A DNA stretch of 46,357 nucleotides from Leucoraja ocellata (GCA_036785375.1 JAWMAR010004569.1:1-46357), one strand, 5' to 3'. Shown: positions 23,801 through 35,275, counted from the first letter of the stretch. A program made the numbers and translations. The notes: generated by a model not told the origin, from the sequence alone.

Positions 23801-24606
23801 TAGGGAATTTACTGTCATTTCAACAACTACAACTGAAATATAATTTGAAAAATAACCAATATTTTAAATATCTTCAAATCTGTGATTATTTGAAAAAATA
23901 CACAAAAGACTATCATAATATGTCTTCCGACTTATTGGATGAAGCAATGAAGACCAAGGCGGAATCAGCTAATTTAATATCGTACTTATATAACATCATT
24001 TTAAACATAGAAATACCCACAACAGATGGAATTAGAAAAGATTGGGAACAAGAATTAGCTATAAAAATCTCAAAAGGGACCTGGGATAATCATTTACTAC
24101 AGGTGCATAAATGTTCGATCAACGTACGGCATACGCTCATCCAATTTAAAACATTACATAGATTATATTATTCAAAAACTAAATTAAATAAAATCTTCCC
24201 TAATGTTTCACCAATCTGTGATAAATGCCTATGTCAAGAAGCTACCATAGCGCACTCTTTTGTTTTTTGTACAAAAATCCAAAAATTCTGGTATGAAATA
24301 TTTGATATTTTTTCAAAATTGATCAAAATAAAACTGGTACCAAAACCAGAATGGATTATCTTCGGAATATCGGAAGATAACCCTGAATTAAACATGTTTC
24401 AGAAGAATTTATTTAATTACGGGCTAATAATGGGAAAAAAGCTTATACTTAAATTCTGGAAAAATGCGCCGACACCAACAATAAAAATGTGGATATCAAA
24501 TATGTTTGAAACATTACACCTGGAAGAGATGAGATTCCTCCTAGCAGGTAAAGCAGACCAATTTCAAAAGACGTGGTCTATGTTTCTGGACCTATTACAA
24601 GTATGA
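20806..24606 (+). CDS. L1 ORF2p (APE endonuclease, reverse transcriptase, CCHC); true start probably the ATG at 20815 or 20839
   Basis: Uninterrupted; SWNIRG, LQETH, GGDFN, SRIDY, SDH, PGPDG, LDAEKAFD, RQGCSLSP, YADD, CDKC...HSFVFC. Confidence 0.96.
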   Translation: MVKMYDDNQRKMGGVTLCSWNIRGINEPIKRGKILAQLKAYNTDISFLQETHLKHQDQTRLRANWIGQTFHSSFTSKSRGTAIIIRKGIPFKSKNTISDKEGRYLIVAGEINNMPITLVNIYAPNFDNPQFFTKILNKIAEFNYQNVIIGGDFNCVLDPYLDKSMQKQKGNMKSKTSELLHTYMENTNISDVWRIANPTGRDYSFYSTVHKTYSRIDYFLVDTKLITHTMNPKYHINAISDHSPLTFVLKLEGMSMNKSFWRFNSQLLKDPQGSIYLKKQMDLFFEINDTPDISPTLLWESFKAFIRGVIISFQAYQNKKNKKEQRYLEEQIKQLDIDNAKDPTMDKHNKILLLKFKLNKLLSEKVITLFQVTKQEHFEFGDKPHKLLARQLKKREKENAILKIKSDSGELLTLPKDINKRFAQFYENLYTSKTSIDNNKISEFLEDCNLPKLELREQEELGAIITSKEIEDTIKTLKNGKTPGPDGFSSEFYKAFYDIVTPRLQKMYTHAFKEQSLPETLAESTITLILKKDKNIEEPGSYRAIALLNTDQKIIAKTLASRLSRYVSRLINGDQTGFIPKRHSFNNLRRLLNIMHSHKPHDQELSIISLDAEKAFDQVEWDYMIKVLQKFQLGENFIAWIKLLYNKPTARILTNNILSSKFELSRGNRQGCSLSPLLFALIIEPLAEKIRTHPDIYGYNTKYSKNKISLYADDVLLYITKPQISIPNILNLIEDFGSFSGYRINWNKSEIMSIKPKDSTQLRKFPFKIATEKFKYLGIEITRNYQDMFKANYNPLLKKLNNLIKFWKTLPMSLIGRINAIKMVFLPQILYLFQSIPIYLPKKFFKKLDSDITNFIWDYKSHRIQIAHLNKRKELGGLALPNFMYYNWAVNIKNMIHLLDNSAQQADWMVMEKGDCSPSNIGAIILSPTNLNNKNYNKNPIIHNTIRTWKQIKQTLKLRNLSLLIPIVNNPSFKPSIIDKSFIQWERMGIKTLEDLYELGNLLSFQQLQLKYNLKNNQYFKYLQICDYLKKYTKDYHNMSSDLLDEAMKTKAESANLISYLYNIILNIEIPTTDGIRKDWEQELAIKISKGTWDNHLLQVHKCSINVRHTLIQFKTLHRLYYSKTKLNKIFPNVSPICDKCLCQEATIAHSFVFCTKIQKFWYEIFDIFSKLIKIKLVPKPEWIIFGISEDNPELNMFQKNLFNYGLIMGKKLILKFWKNAPTPTIKMWISNMFETLHLEEMRFLLAGKADQFQKTWSMFLDLLQV

Positions 24607-25380
24607 GGTGCAATAGTAATCTAAAAAAAAAACAAATATATAAATAAGCGGAATCAGGACCTGGTAACGGGAGGTAAAATAACAAAAACAGACTTGGTTG
24701 GTAGTCCCCTCTCTGCGGAGTTTAATGTTATAATAGAGCGATTGTTTCTACTTTCTCCTTCTTTCCTTTCTAGGGTCTATTTTCTCACTTTACTTCCTTC
24801 TCTAACTTCTTTCCTAAGGGGCTTTCTTTTCCTTACACTCTCGCACTGCACGATTCTCTTGCACTTTCTTTACTTTCCTAACTTCTACTTTTTTCTTAAA
24901 GCTCTAAAAAAAAAAAAAAATGAAGCGGTATAAAAAATGTATCAAGATATATGTGTTGTGTAGAATTGTAATTTACCGTACTTCTAATAAAAATAAAAAA
25001 AATAAAATAAAAAATAAAAAACTGAAAAGTGTGGCGTGCAAAAGTAATCAGCCCCCTTTACTCTGATGCCCCTAAATAAAATCCAGTGCAACCAATTGCC
25101 TTTAGAAGTCACCTAATTAATAAATAAAATCCACTTGTGTGTAATCTAATCTCGGTATAAATACAGCTGTTCTGTGAAGGCTTTAGAGGTTTGTTAGAGA
25201 ACATTAGTGAACAAACAGCATCAAGAAGCCCAAGGAACACACCAGACAGGTCAGGGATAAAGTTGTGGAGAAGTTTAAAGCAGGGTCAGGTTATAAAAAA
25301 ATATCGCAACCTTTGAACATCTCACGGAGCACTGTTCAACCCATCACCGAAAATGGAAAGCGTATATGGCACATATGCAA

Positions 25381-25747
25381 TGTAACTGCCCCACATCGGC
25401 AGTTAGTTAAATTCTGAACCTCACGTTTTTTGGTTCCTACCTGTAATAGTGGCGTTCCTAAGGACGGAATTAAATTGCCAACTTAGTTTCCGTGGGGGTA
25501 CGGTTGTTGGCCACCTTGGAGGGCAGCAAAGAAAAAGGAAGCAACACAAAGGGGATACACGGCCAAAATAAGTTAAATGTTAAATAAACAAGATCATAAA
25601 GAAAGACAGAAGCCATGGCTAAGAAGAAACCAAGAAATACCTCTTAAGTATTAAGCAGTGGATGAGTTCTCACGGGTTGGTTGGAGCCGAAAATAAACCC
25701 CGTATTTAACCACGACCTCAGGCCTCGTGTACTAATTGGGAGCTACA
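25381..25747 (+). repeat. 5' LTR of BEL/Pao element (unit 1)
   Basis: TGTAACT...AGCTACA inverted termini; begins exactly where Tc1 is cut. Confidence 0.7.
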
Positions 25748-28390
25748 GTGAGAACTCGACTGCTCTGCATGAGTAGCCGAGGAGGACGTCACCAGACGGC
25801 AGCAGCCGAGAAGAGACGAACCATATCCATGCTGTGTGTGTATTTTCTACCACCACCTACGCTGAAACACAAGAAGAGCAAGCCCACAGGAAGGCCCAGG
25901 TGCCGCTAGTGTGAATATTGCTGCTAAGGAAAAACTCATGTTTTGCACAAAAGACATATATTATCTACATTTTCATTTAATAAGTTGATGTTGTTATTTT
26001 CTACAACTAAAGGACTTTAAGTGTTTTGCACAAGAGACTGAGATATAATGTGCATTTCATTTATGTTGTTTACTTACATTTCCTTATTGAAGACCATTGA
26101 TACTCACACTGTGTTGATATTGAGAATTAGTTTATTGATGGTTACACTGTAAACATTCTGTTAAAACAAGCAGTACTCATAGTAATTTGAAGGTGCATTT
26201 CTGTTACTTAACAAGTGTTTAATGCATATGTAACTTACCTGTGGAAGAGTTGATACCTTTATTTGTCTAATTATCACTCAGAGTGATTTAAGTTGATAAC
26301 ACTATAACATTTATTTATTAATTAGGTACTTACTCAACATAAGAAAATATTAGATTTAAACCAAACTAAAGTAAACCAAGTAAAGTGTCAGAGTTTGAGC
26401 TTTCCCCTGAAAGTGACAGAGAAGATGATGAAGGCGATGACACGAAACAGCACTGCCCAGACGCACAACCACAAACGACCAAAGGCACTGGAGATGATAT
26501 CCACACTTCCTCACAAGAGCCACAAAGAGGCCAAAGAGTCCACAAGCTAACGGAAAAGGGCCAAGAACTGCACGATGAGCAAGTAAGAAAGGTTGCACAC
26601 CGTTTAAGTGTGAGCTACGAGAAGTGGAAGGCTGTCATTAAGGACGCCAAAGGGGCGCTGAGTGGTCAATGCTCAAACAACCTGCTGAATGAACACATCA
26701 CCAAGGTAAGCAATGCTTCAAAGAATCTGAACGCTGTTTATGAAGAGCTGAGACACATCGGCATTCTAGATCATGACACACGTCGCAGAGTAGACACATG
26801 TGAAGCACTAACAAAGAAGATAATCAAAACTGCAAGAGGTTATCTAAACACGGGAAAGAGTGAATGTCAAGTGGATGAAGAACAAGGTGTTAAAGATACA
26901 GAATCTGTGTTCAAGTCTGCAGCCTCAGATAAGATGAGCATCAAATCTCACCGCACCAAATCCTCCTGGTGAAGAAAGGATATATTATCTGCGAAGGTAT
27001 GTGGGTGGAGCTGCCAAGAAGGCCATAGAGAGTTACTTTCTGCTAGGCACAGAGTCAGCCTATCATGCAGCGTGGACCATCCTAGAACAGAGATATGGCA
27101 ATCCATTCCTCATCGCCAAAGCCTTCAGAGACAAGCTTGATTCATGGCCCAAGATAAGCTCCAAAGGCAGTTTAGAACTTCAAGATCTCACTGACTTCCT
27201 TCGCATCTGTGAGGCCGCCATGTCTCAGATTAGAGGTCTTGAGGTACTCAATGACTGCAACGAGAATCAGAAAATGCTTGCTAAACGTCCAGACTGGCTG
27301 ACCTCAAGATGGAACAGGAAAGTCATAAAAGTGGAAGAACAAAGTCACAAGTTCCCAAGCTTCAGCCAATTCGTCAAGTTCCTCACACGTGAAGCAAAAA
27401 TTGCTTGCAACCCGATAACGTCCCTCTACGCTCTAAAACCAAGTGAAGTTGAGAAGAGCAAGGCTTCAATGAACAGAGGTCTTGGAGCAAAGGTATTGGT
27501 AACAAACTCTGATGAGAAGGCTGTCGCCACAAGCTGTGTGTTCTGTGAGAGGGAAGGTCACAGTCTACACAAGTGTTATAAATTCATGGATGAGACGGTC
27601 TCTGAGCGAGTCACGTTTGTTCAAGAAAGGAAGTTGTGCTTTGGCTGTCTGAAGTCTGGCCATCGGTCAAAGGAATGTGAAAACAGAATGATCTGCAATA
27701 CATGTGAAAGGAGACATCCAACTTGCCTCCATGACAATCGCACCAAGGAAGAAAGGATGTTAACAAGGCCTGATGAAGCAAGAGACCGTGAGCTGTCAAC
27801 GGAAGGCAAGATGAACCGATCACAAGATAAGACAACAAGAACCTCACCGGAGGCAACACCCAATAGAGTCATCCAGCATGTCAAAGACACCCATACGTCC
27901 ACCATCATCCCAGTGTGGGTGTCAGCCACAAGTGAGCCTAATCGTGAAGTTCTTGTGTATGCACTTCTGGATACACAGAGTGACACAACCTTTCCCCTAG
28001 AAGACACTGCAAAAGCTCTACACGTGAAGAACAAACCAGTTCAGCTAAAGCTCTCCACAATGGCTTCAAGAAACACAGTTGTGTCCGATTGGCTACAACT
28101 GTCCTCAAGCTCTCGTCCCAAGACAAGTGCTACCTGGTGAAGAAAATAAGCCCTTTGCCCGGAGAACCGACTTGGGCTGGAGTGTAGTTGGCTATGGCAA
28201 CCTATGTCTCGATTATGGAGATGCTATTGGAGTGAGTCACCAGGTTATCGTGAAGCAAGTGATATCAGGTGTTCAGTCCTCTTCAAACCTCACAAGCGAA
28301 GTGCATTATGTCCGTAGAACACAGATCAAGGAAGTAGTCTCACCTGCAGCTGTCATCAAGGTGCTGGAAGCTGACTTTGTGGAAAGAATT
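25381..28390 (+). mobile_element. BEL/Pao LTR retrotransposon, 3' truncated (gag and protease relic)
   Basis: Three Zn knuckles CVFC..H..C, CFGC..H..C, CNTC..H..LH; protease ALLDTQSDTTF; no RT, IN or 3' LTR. Confidence 0.9.
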
Positions 28391-29845
28391 TCAGAGTCAA
28401 TTATTAAAGATGTAATAATGGGGCATTTGGATAGCAGGAAAAGGATTAGTCCAAGTCAACATGGATTTATGAAAGGGAAATCATGCTTGACGAATCTTCT
28501 GAATTTTTTAAGGATGTGACGTAAAATGGATGAAGAGGAGCCAGTGGACGTAGTGTATCTAGACTTTCAGAAAGCCTTTGATAAGGCCCCGCACGGGAGA
28601 CTGGTGGCTAAAATTAGAGCGCATGGTATTGGGGGTAGGGTGTTGACATGGATAGAAAATTTGTTGGCAGACAGGAAGCAAAGAGGAGGAGTGAACGTGT
28701 CTTTTTCAGATTGGCAGGCAGTGGCGAGTGGAGTGCCACAAGGCTCGATGTTGGGGCTACAACTGTTTACCATATATATTAATGATTTGGAAGAGGGAAT
28801 TAGGAGCAACACTAGCAAGTTTGCGGATGACACAAAGCTGGGAGGCAGCGTGAACTGTGAAGAGTATGTTAGGCGGTTGCAGGGTGACCTGGACAGGTTG
28901 AGTGAGTGGGCAGATGCGTGGCAGATGCAGTATAATATAGATAAATGTGGGGTTATACACTTTGGCGGAAAAACAAGGGGGCAGATTATTATCTCAATGG
29001 GGTTAGGTTAGGTAAGGGGGAGGTACAGTGAGACCTGGGTGTCCTTGTACACCTGTCACTGAAAGGTGGCATGCAGGTACAGCAGGCAGTGAAGAAAGCT
29101 GATGGAATGGTAGCCTTCATTACAAGATGATTTCAGTATCGGAGTAGAGAGGTTCTTCTGCAGTTGTATAGGGCTCTGGAAAGACCAAATCTGGAGTATT
29201 GTGTACAGTTTTGGTCTCCGAATTTGAGGGAGGACATCCTTGTGATTGAGGCAGTGCAGCATAGATTCACGAGATTGATCCCTGGGATGGCGGGACTGTC
29301 ATATGAGGAAAGATTGAAAAGACTAGGCTTATATTCACTGGAGTTTAGAAGGATGAGGGGTTATCTTATAGAAACATATAAAAGTATAAAAGGACTGGAC
29401 AAGCTAGATGCAGGAACACATTCCCAATGTTGGGCGAGTCCAGAACCCGGGGCCACGCAGTTTTAGAATAAAGGGGAGGCATTTAAGACTGAGGCGAGAA
29501 AAAAACGTTTTCACCCAGAGAGTTGTGAATTTGTGGAATTCCCTGCCACAAAGGGTAGTGGAGGCCAAGTCACTGGATGGATTTAAGAGAGAGTTAGATA
29601 GAGCTCTAGGGGCTAGTGGAATCAATGGATATGGGAAGAAGGCAGGCACGGGTTATTGGTTACACAGAAAAGCTGGAGAAACTCAGCGGGTGCAGCAGCA
29701 TCTATGGAGCGAAGGAAATAGGCAACGTTTCGGGCCGAAACCCTTCTTCACGGGTTATTGATTGGGGACGATCAGCCATGATCACAATGAATGGCGGTGC
29801 TGGCTCGAAGGGTCAAATGGCCTCCTCCTGCACGTATTTTATGTT
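28391..29845 (+). mobile_element. CR1 ORF2 3' half and 3' UTR, with a small Penelope-repeat insert at ~29660-29750
   Basis: YLDFQKAFDK, GVPQGS, FADDTKL; insert flanked by repeated CACGGGTTATTG. Confidence 0.9.
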
Positions 29846-29847
29846 TT

Positions 29848-30128
29848 GGAGATACAGCGCGGAAACAGGCCATTCGGCACACCGTACCGCACCGACCAGC
29901 GACCCCCGCACATTAACACTACACTACACACACTAGGAACAATTTACATATATACTGAACCAATTAACCTACAAACCTGTATGTCTTTGGAGTGTGGGAT
30001 GAAACTGAAGATCTCGGAGACAACAGGACGAACAAACTCCGTACAGACAGTACCCGTAGTCGGGATCGAACCTGCGTTTCTGCCGCTGAAAGTGCTGTAA
30101 GCAGCAACTCTACCGCTGCGCCACCGGG
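29848..30128 (-). mobile_element. tRNA-derived SINE
   Basis: A and B boxes on the minus strand. Confidence 0.85.
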
Positions 30129-30391
30129 TCGCCCTAATGACACTTGATTCTCACATGTACCTTGATGCAGTGAAATGCTTTGTTCTGCAGACAATCCGGC
30201 AATAACCATGTTCTCCACAGTTGCTGCTGCTCCTTTGGGATGTTGTGATCTTTTACTTGTGTTTATTCCTTGGGTTAATTTCAAACACTATTTCAGATTG
30301 TTTGTTAACACATTGCGGAGATTGGAAATGTTTTATCTGAGATCGGGTTGCAGTGAACGCTAAGGAGAGGAGCTGTAGGATTCTACAAGAC

Positions 30392-30938
30392 CAAGATCTG
30401 AGGAAGGATGTGCTGGCTCTGGAGAGGGTCCAGAGGAGATTTACAAGAATGATCCCAGGATTGAGTGGGTTAACATATGATGATCGTTTGACGGCACTGG
30501 GCCTGTACCAGCAGGAATTTAGAAGGATGAGAGGTGATGCCATTGACATTTACTGAACAGTGAAAGGCTTGGATAGAGTAGATGTGGAGATGATTATTCC
30601 ACTGACGAGAGAGTCTAGGACTCGAGGTAATAGCCTCAGAATTAAAGGAGGTTCTTTTCGGAAGGAGATGGGGAGAAATTTATTTAGTCAGAGGGTGGTG
30701 AATCTGTGGAATTCTTTGCCACAGAAGGTTGTGGATGTCAAATCAGTGGATATTTGTAAGGCAAAGATAGATAGATTATTGATTAGTACAGGTGTTAGAG
30801 GAATGGGGAGAAGGCAGGAGAATGGGGTTAGGAGGGAGATATAGATCAGTCATGATTGAATGGTGGAGTAGACTTGATGGACCAAATGGCCTAATTCTGC
30901 TCCTATCACTTATGACCTTATGACCTTATGACCTTATG
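30392..30938 (+). mobile_element. CR1 3' fragment
   Basis: Paralog of 9520-10065. Confidence 0.85.
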
Positions 30939-31159
30939 AGACACATACGTGTATTTACCGGTAGAATGGACATCCGTGTAACAGATGAGACTTATTACAG
31001 TTTCGGATACAGCAGGACTTTTAATAACTTTCCAGCGCACATCATTCAGCGATAAATTGTTGTCATTATATAAAGAACATGAACAAGGTCCTATTAACAA
31101 AGTGTCATTATTGGTCTATTATTACAACCTGTAACAATCTCTGTCAAATCACACCATTG

Positions 31160-31178
31160 TGGCGCCATCTTGTGGCCG
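31160..31178 (-). promoter_or_regulatory. CTCF/YY1-type motif, unit 2
   Basis: CGGCCACAAGATGGCGCCA. Confidence 0.6.
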
Positions 31179-31963
31179 AGACACCTTGGTGTCGAAGATT
31201 CGTTTGTTGAGCTCGAACTGTCGCCTGAACTGGCGTGATCTGACATTAGAAAATTCACAGTTCAATATTGGGTTCTAAGCTACCGAGATGGAGAATGAAG
31301 TCATGTTTCTCCAATGGCCTCACTCAGGCAATGGAGGAGACTCAGGGCAGAGGGGTCGGTGTGGGAATGGGAAGGAGAGTTAAAATGGTTTGAAACCGGG
31401 AGATCCATCAGGCAAATGGATCGCAAGAGGACTATCCGAAAATAGATACAAAAAGCTGGAGTAACTCCGCGGGTCAGGCAGCATATCTGGAGAAAAGGAA
31501 TGGGTGATGTTTCAGGTGAAGACGCTTCTTCACAGGGTATCGCCGCTTGGGGAGGTGCAGCAGGATCTGGGGGTCCTTGTTCATCAGTCAATGAAAGTGG
31601 GCATGCAGGTGCAGCAGGCAGTGAAGGAAGCGAATGACATGTTGGCCCTTATAACAAGAGGAGGTGAGTATAGGAGCAAAGAGGTCCTTCTGCAGTTGTA
31701 CAGGGCCCTAGTGAGACCACACCTGGAGTATTATCCGCAGTTGTGGTCCCCTAATTTGAGGAAGGACATTCTTGCTATTGAGGGAGTGCAGCGTAGGTTT
31801 ACAAGGTTAATTCCCGGGATGGCGGGACTGTAATATGCTGAGAGAATGGAGCGGCTGGGCTTGTATACTGTAGACCAAATATTGTCTGTTGTCTATTGTC
31901 TAATGGTTTGCGTTTGAAATGTAACCACTCTGACTTGAATCTGTTGTTGTCAGGATCGAACAA

Positions 31964-32146
31964 ACAACAAGGCAATGTGGAGTTTTAATGAGTGTAAGAT
32001 TTCACAAATTACATTATCCCAAATGGCCCACAACAGTATCAGCACAGCTGACTGAGCTAATGTTGATTCAGTAATGAGTTTGCTTTTCATGGTTTGACCT
32101 GTTGCATGAGTTGATTCATATATGGAGGGAGTTCAACACTTATGGT
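31964..32146 (-). other. Predicted terminal (3' UTR) exon of cassette 2
   Basis: Acceptor at 32148-32147; ATTAAA at 31989-31984. Confidence 0.6.
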
Positions 32147-32887
32147 CTGTGAAAATAAAATAGATATATTATTATACCACATGTACAGGCACAAAAACAT
32201 TAATACCATTGAACACAATTGACTACATTATTGTTATTAAAGTTCTTGTCAAGTATGTGTCCACATAGCTCCTAGTCATAGAGTCATGGAGTGATACAGC
32301 GTGGAAACAGGATCTTATGGCCCACACTCCCCACACCGGCCAACATGTCTCAGCTACACTAAACCCACCTATCCATGTACCATCCAAGTCTTGTATGAGC
32401 TCCTTATTTCTGGCCAGGCTCGGTCTAGTTTTCCCTGTCATGTCGCCTTTGTTATGTTGCAGTAAGTCTACGTTGCAAGATTCAAGAGGGTTTGCACTAG
32501 TTACAACTTTGTTGTTGGTTTTGTTGATTATATTTTATCTAAGTTTGTTGTACCGACAACCGGACAATGGAATTCTTACTGGCAGCAGCGTAACAGGGCT
32601 GTACATACAACACACTTAGATAAAATATAATAAACAAAACCAACAATAAATGTGTATCTGGTACAAACACCAAGATCCTTGGTGCAACACAAGGAAGTCC
32701 ATTCATGTTCATAGTTGAGCCTGGTCTTCTGTGTTGCTCAAGAGCCTGATAGTTGCAGGGAAGAAGCTGTTCTTGAACCTGGTGGTCACGGCTTTCAGAC
32801 TCAGATATCTTCTACTTGATGGTAGGAGTGTAATGAGAGCGTGGCCAAGGGAGTGTGGGATTTCAATGGAACTGAATGTATTGAAGA

Positions 32888-33068
32888 TTAGTTTAGTTTT
32901 TAATTTAAGTTAATTTAAGTTTAGTTTAGTTTCGCTTAGATTAGTTTAATTTTGTTTAGTTAGGTTTGTTTAAATTTAGTTAAGTTTGGTTTGGTTCGGT
33001 TTGGTTTGGTTTGGTTTGGTTCGGTATGGTTTGGTTTGGTTCGGTTCAGTTCAGTTTAGTTTAGTTTG
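32888..33068. repeat. (TTTAG/TTTGG/TTCGG)n microsatellite
   Basis: Direct observation. Confidence 0.9.
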
Positions 33069-33196
33069 TAAGGACAATATTTACACTGTGGTAGCACCTC
33101 GCAGGTGACAATAAAATGCACCATTGTCCAGTGACCTCAGCTGCTAATACAACCCACACATGGCGCTGGCAATCCTCTTACCGATTGACCAGCCTG

Positions 33197-33354
33197 TTAG
33201 GCTTCTTTTGTCCGGCTGGCAAATCCACAAGACTCCCATGAGCGGATGATGAAAACTATTATAACGTTGATCACAATGAACGTTGCAAGTTTCACTCCCA
33301 TTCCCAGCAGCTGCCAACGTAATCCCCATGCAGGGCTTTCTACAGGAATCCCGC
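33197..33354 (-). CDS. Transmembrane/cytoplasmic exon, cassette 2: (R)GIPVESPAWGLRWQLLGMGVKLATFIVINVIIVFIIRSWESCGFASRTKEA*
   Basis: Acceptor, frame, Lys, stop and post-stop donor (33181) all conserved. Confidence 0.85.
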
Positions 33355-33522
33355 CTGTAGGAATAAAACATCAAGTTCACCAATTACTTTCCCAGTTTAT
33401 TTCTGTCTCCTTCCATTCTTATACACCGAGATGTTCCCACTGTCATTGTAAACGTAGACCAATTCGCACACTTCAGTTGCCTGAACAGTAACAACAGATG
33501 TGGGAATCTTGCATAGAATTCA

Positions 33523-33774
33523 AAGTGCTGGAGTTAGTCAACGGGTCAGGCAGAATCTGTGGAGAACATGGATAGGTGACGTTTCACAGAGTGCTGGAGT
33601 AACTCAGCGGGTCAGGCAGCATCTGTGGAGAACATGGATAGGTAACGTTTCACAGAGTGCTGGAGTAACTCAGCGGGTCAGGCAGCATCTGTGGAGAATA
33701 TGGATAGGTGACGTTTCACAGAGTGCTGGAGTAACTCAGCGGGTCAGGCAGCATCTGTGGAGAACATGTATAGG
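33523..33774. repeat. 66-bp tandem repeat, ~4 copies
   Basis: Same unit as 12695-13340. Confidence 0.95.
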
Positions 33775-33861
33775 ATTCCTCTTCTTGCGTATGGCGTGCA
33801 TTGCCCAAAGTTGTTGGACAACTTGTTCTATTTGACCTTATTTGATTGTGTACACCAGGTT

Positions 33862-33916
33862 GATTGCATTCGTCGAAACAGGGCGGACCACGTGAAGGTT
33901 GCAATCTCCAAACCCC
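33862..33916 (-). ncRNA. Minimal HDV/CPEB3-like ribozyme motif (P2 and P3 perfectly paired) heading the short element at 33775-33917
   Basis: GGGGTTTGG-A-GATTGCA-ACC-TTCACGT-GGT-CCGCCCT-GT-TTCGA-CGAA-TGCAATC. Confidence 0.75.
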
Positions 33917-34942
33917 GTGTATAGGCGACATTTCAGGTCGGCACCCTTCTTCAGCATTCCACAATGTCACCTATCCATGTTCTCCACAGATGCTGCCTTG
34001 CCCGCTGAGTTACTCCAGCACTTTGAGTCTTTTTGTTTGTAACCCCGCATCTGCTGTTCCTTTTATCTCCGCCTTGATTGCTTGAGGGAATAGCCGAAGC
34101 AGCTACTGCCTCTGAGGGCCAGTATCCCGGCCTCAATGCTGACTGCCGGTGTGGAGTTTGCACGTTCTCCGTGTTATTCCCTGTGTTTCCCCTGGGGGTT
34201 ACTGCTTTCTCTCTCATCCCAAAGACGTGCGTCCTGATAGGTAATGAACAGGTGTATTTTACCCCTGATATATGGAGGAGTCGGAGTGAGCGGAGCGTGC
34301 ATGTGAATTAAGGAGGAACTAGATTGCGCTTCGATGGAAAGAATAGTCGGTGTATGGAGCAAGCTGCCAGAGGTCGTTGAGGCTGGGACTATCCCATCGT
34401 TTAAGAAGCAGTTGGACAGGTACATGGATAGGACAGGTTTTGTGGGGTATTGACCAGGCGCAGGCAGGTGGGACTAGTGTAGCTGGGACATTGTTGGCCG
34501 GTGTGGGCAATAGACAATAGACAATAGGTGCAGGAGGAGGCCATTCGGCCCTTCAAGCCAACACCGCCATTCACTGTGATCATGGCTGATCATCCACAAC
34601 CAGTGCCCCGTTCCTGCCTTCTCCCCATATCCCTTGTCTCCGCTATCTTTAAATCTCTATCTAACTCTCTCTTGAAAGCATCCAGAGAACCGGCCTCCAC
34701 TGCCTTATGACGCTGAGAATTCCACAGATTCACAACTCTCTGGGTGAAAATGTGTTTTCTCATCTCAGTCCTAAATGGCCTACCCGTTATTCTTAAACTG
34801 TGTCCCATGGTTCCTCCATATATAATGAATGTCTGTGCTTAGATCTGAACTGACAAAGCTCGGCTGTTGAGGCGTGTGGTGGCCGGTGTTGAGAATGTTT
34901 TTTAGAACAGTAAAGACAAAGTTAAGGAAACGTAAAACTTAC

Positions 34943-35275
34943 GTGTGACCGTGACATCTGTGCCGTGGCCATTATATATTCTCCCTGGGAAAACACTCAC
35001 TCGGCAGTAATACCTTCCTGTATCGATCATTTTGATGTCAGTGATTTCGATGGATTCATTTAGAATTCCCGGTGAATTATTTTTCAGAACGCGACCAAAA
35101 TAGTCGCCGCTCGTGTTGGAAACGGCACGAGTTTCCACGTCTTTGTACCAACTAATGAACCCAATTGAACTGCTTGTGTTGCCAACAAATGCACAGTTTA
35201 GCCGCACAGTCCCGCCTTCAGTAACTGTGATCTGCTTCGGTGATTGTATGATCGATTCATCGGATCCAACAGCAC
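34943..35275 (-). pseudogene. NKp30-like V exon A2: frame open, splice acceptor mutated (CAT)
   Basis: 333 nt; CAFVGNTSSSIGFISW...YYCRVSVFPGRIYNGHGTDVTVT; donor intact. Confidence 0.8.

Larger units (their letters stand above)
18670..25020 (+). mobile_element. Full-length, apparently intact L1-clade retrotransposon
   Basis: GC-rich 5' UTR, ORF1, ~0.93-kb spacer, ORF2, 3' UTR, AATAAA and A-rich tail; approximate TSD AAATAAAA; empty site in unit 2. Confidence 0.95.
18536..25380 (+). mobile_element. Tc1 5' fragment (18536-18669 and ~25012-25380) split by L1 and cut by BEL LTR
   Basis: Matches the left arm and HTH region of the 6074 element; uninterrupted at 38357-38847. Confidence 0.85.
8604..28390. 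repeat. Segmental duplication unit 1 (includes a 6.35-kb private L1)
   Basis: Collinear, high identity to 28391-41886 in both unique and repeat sequence. Confidence 0.9.

Noticed and set aside
27938-29011. Functional BEL-CR1 chimeric retroelement
   Set aside because: Frameshifted and deleted; better explained as the duplication junction.
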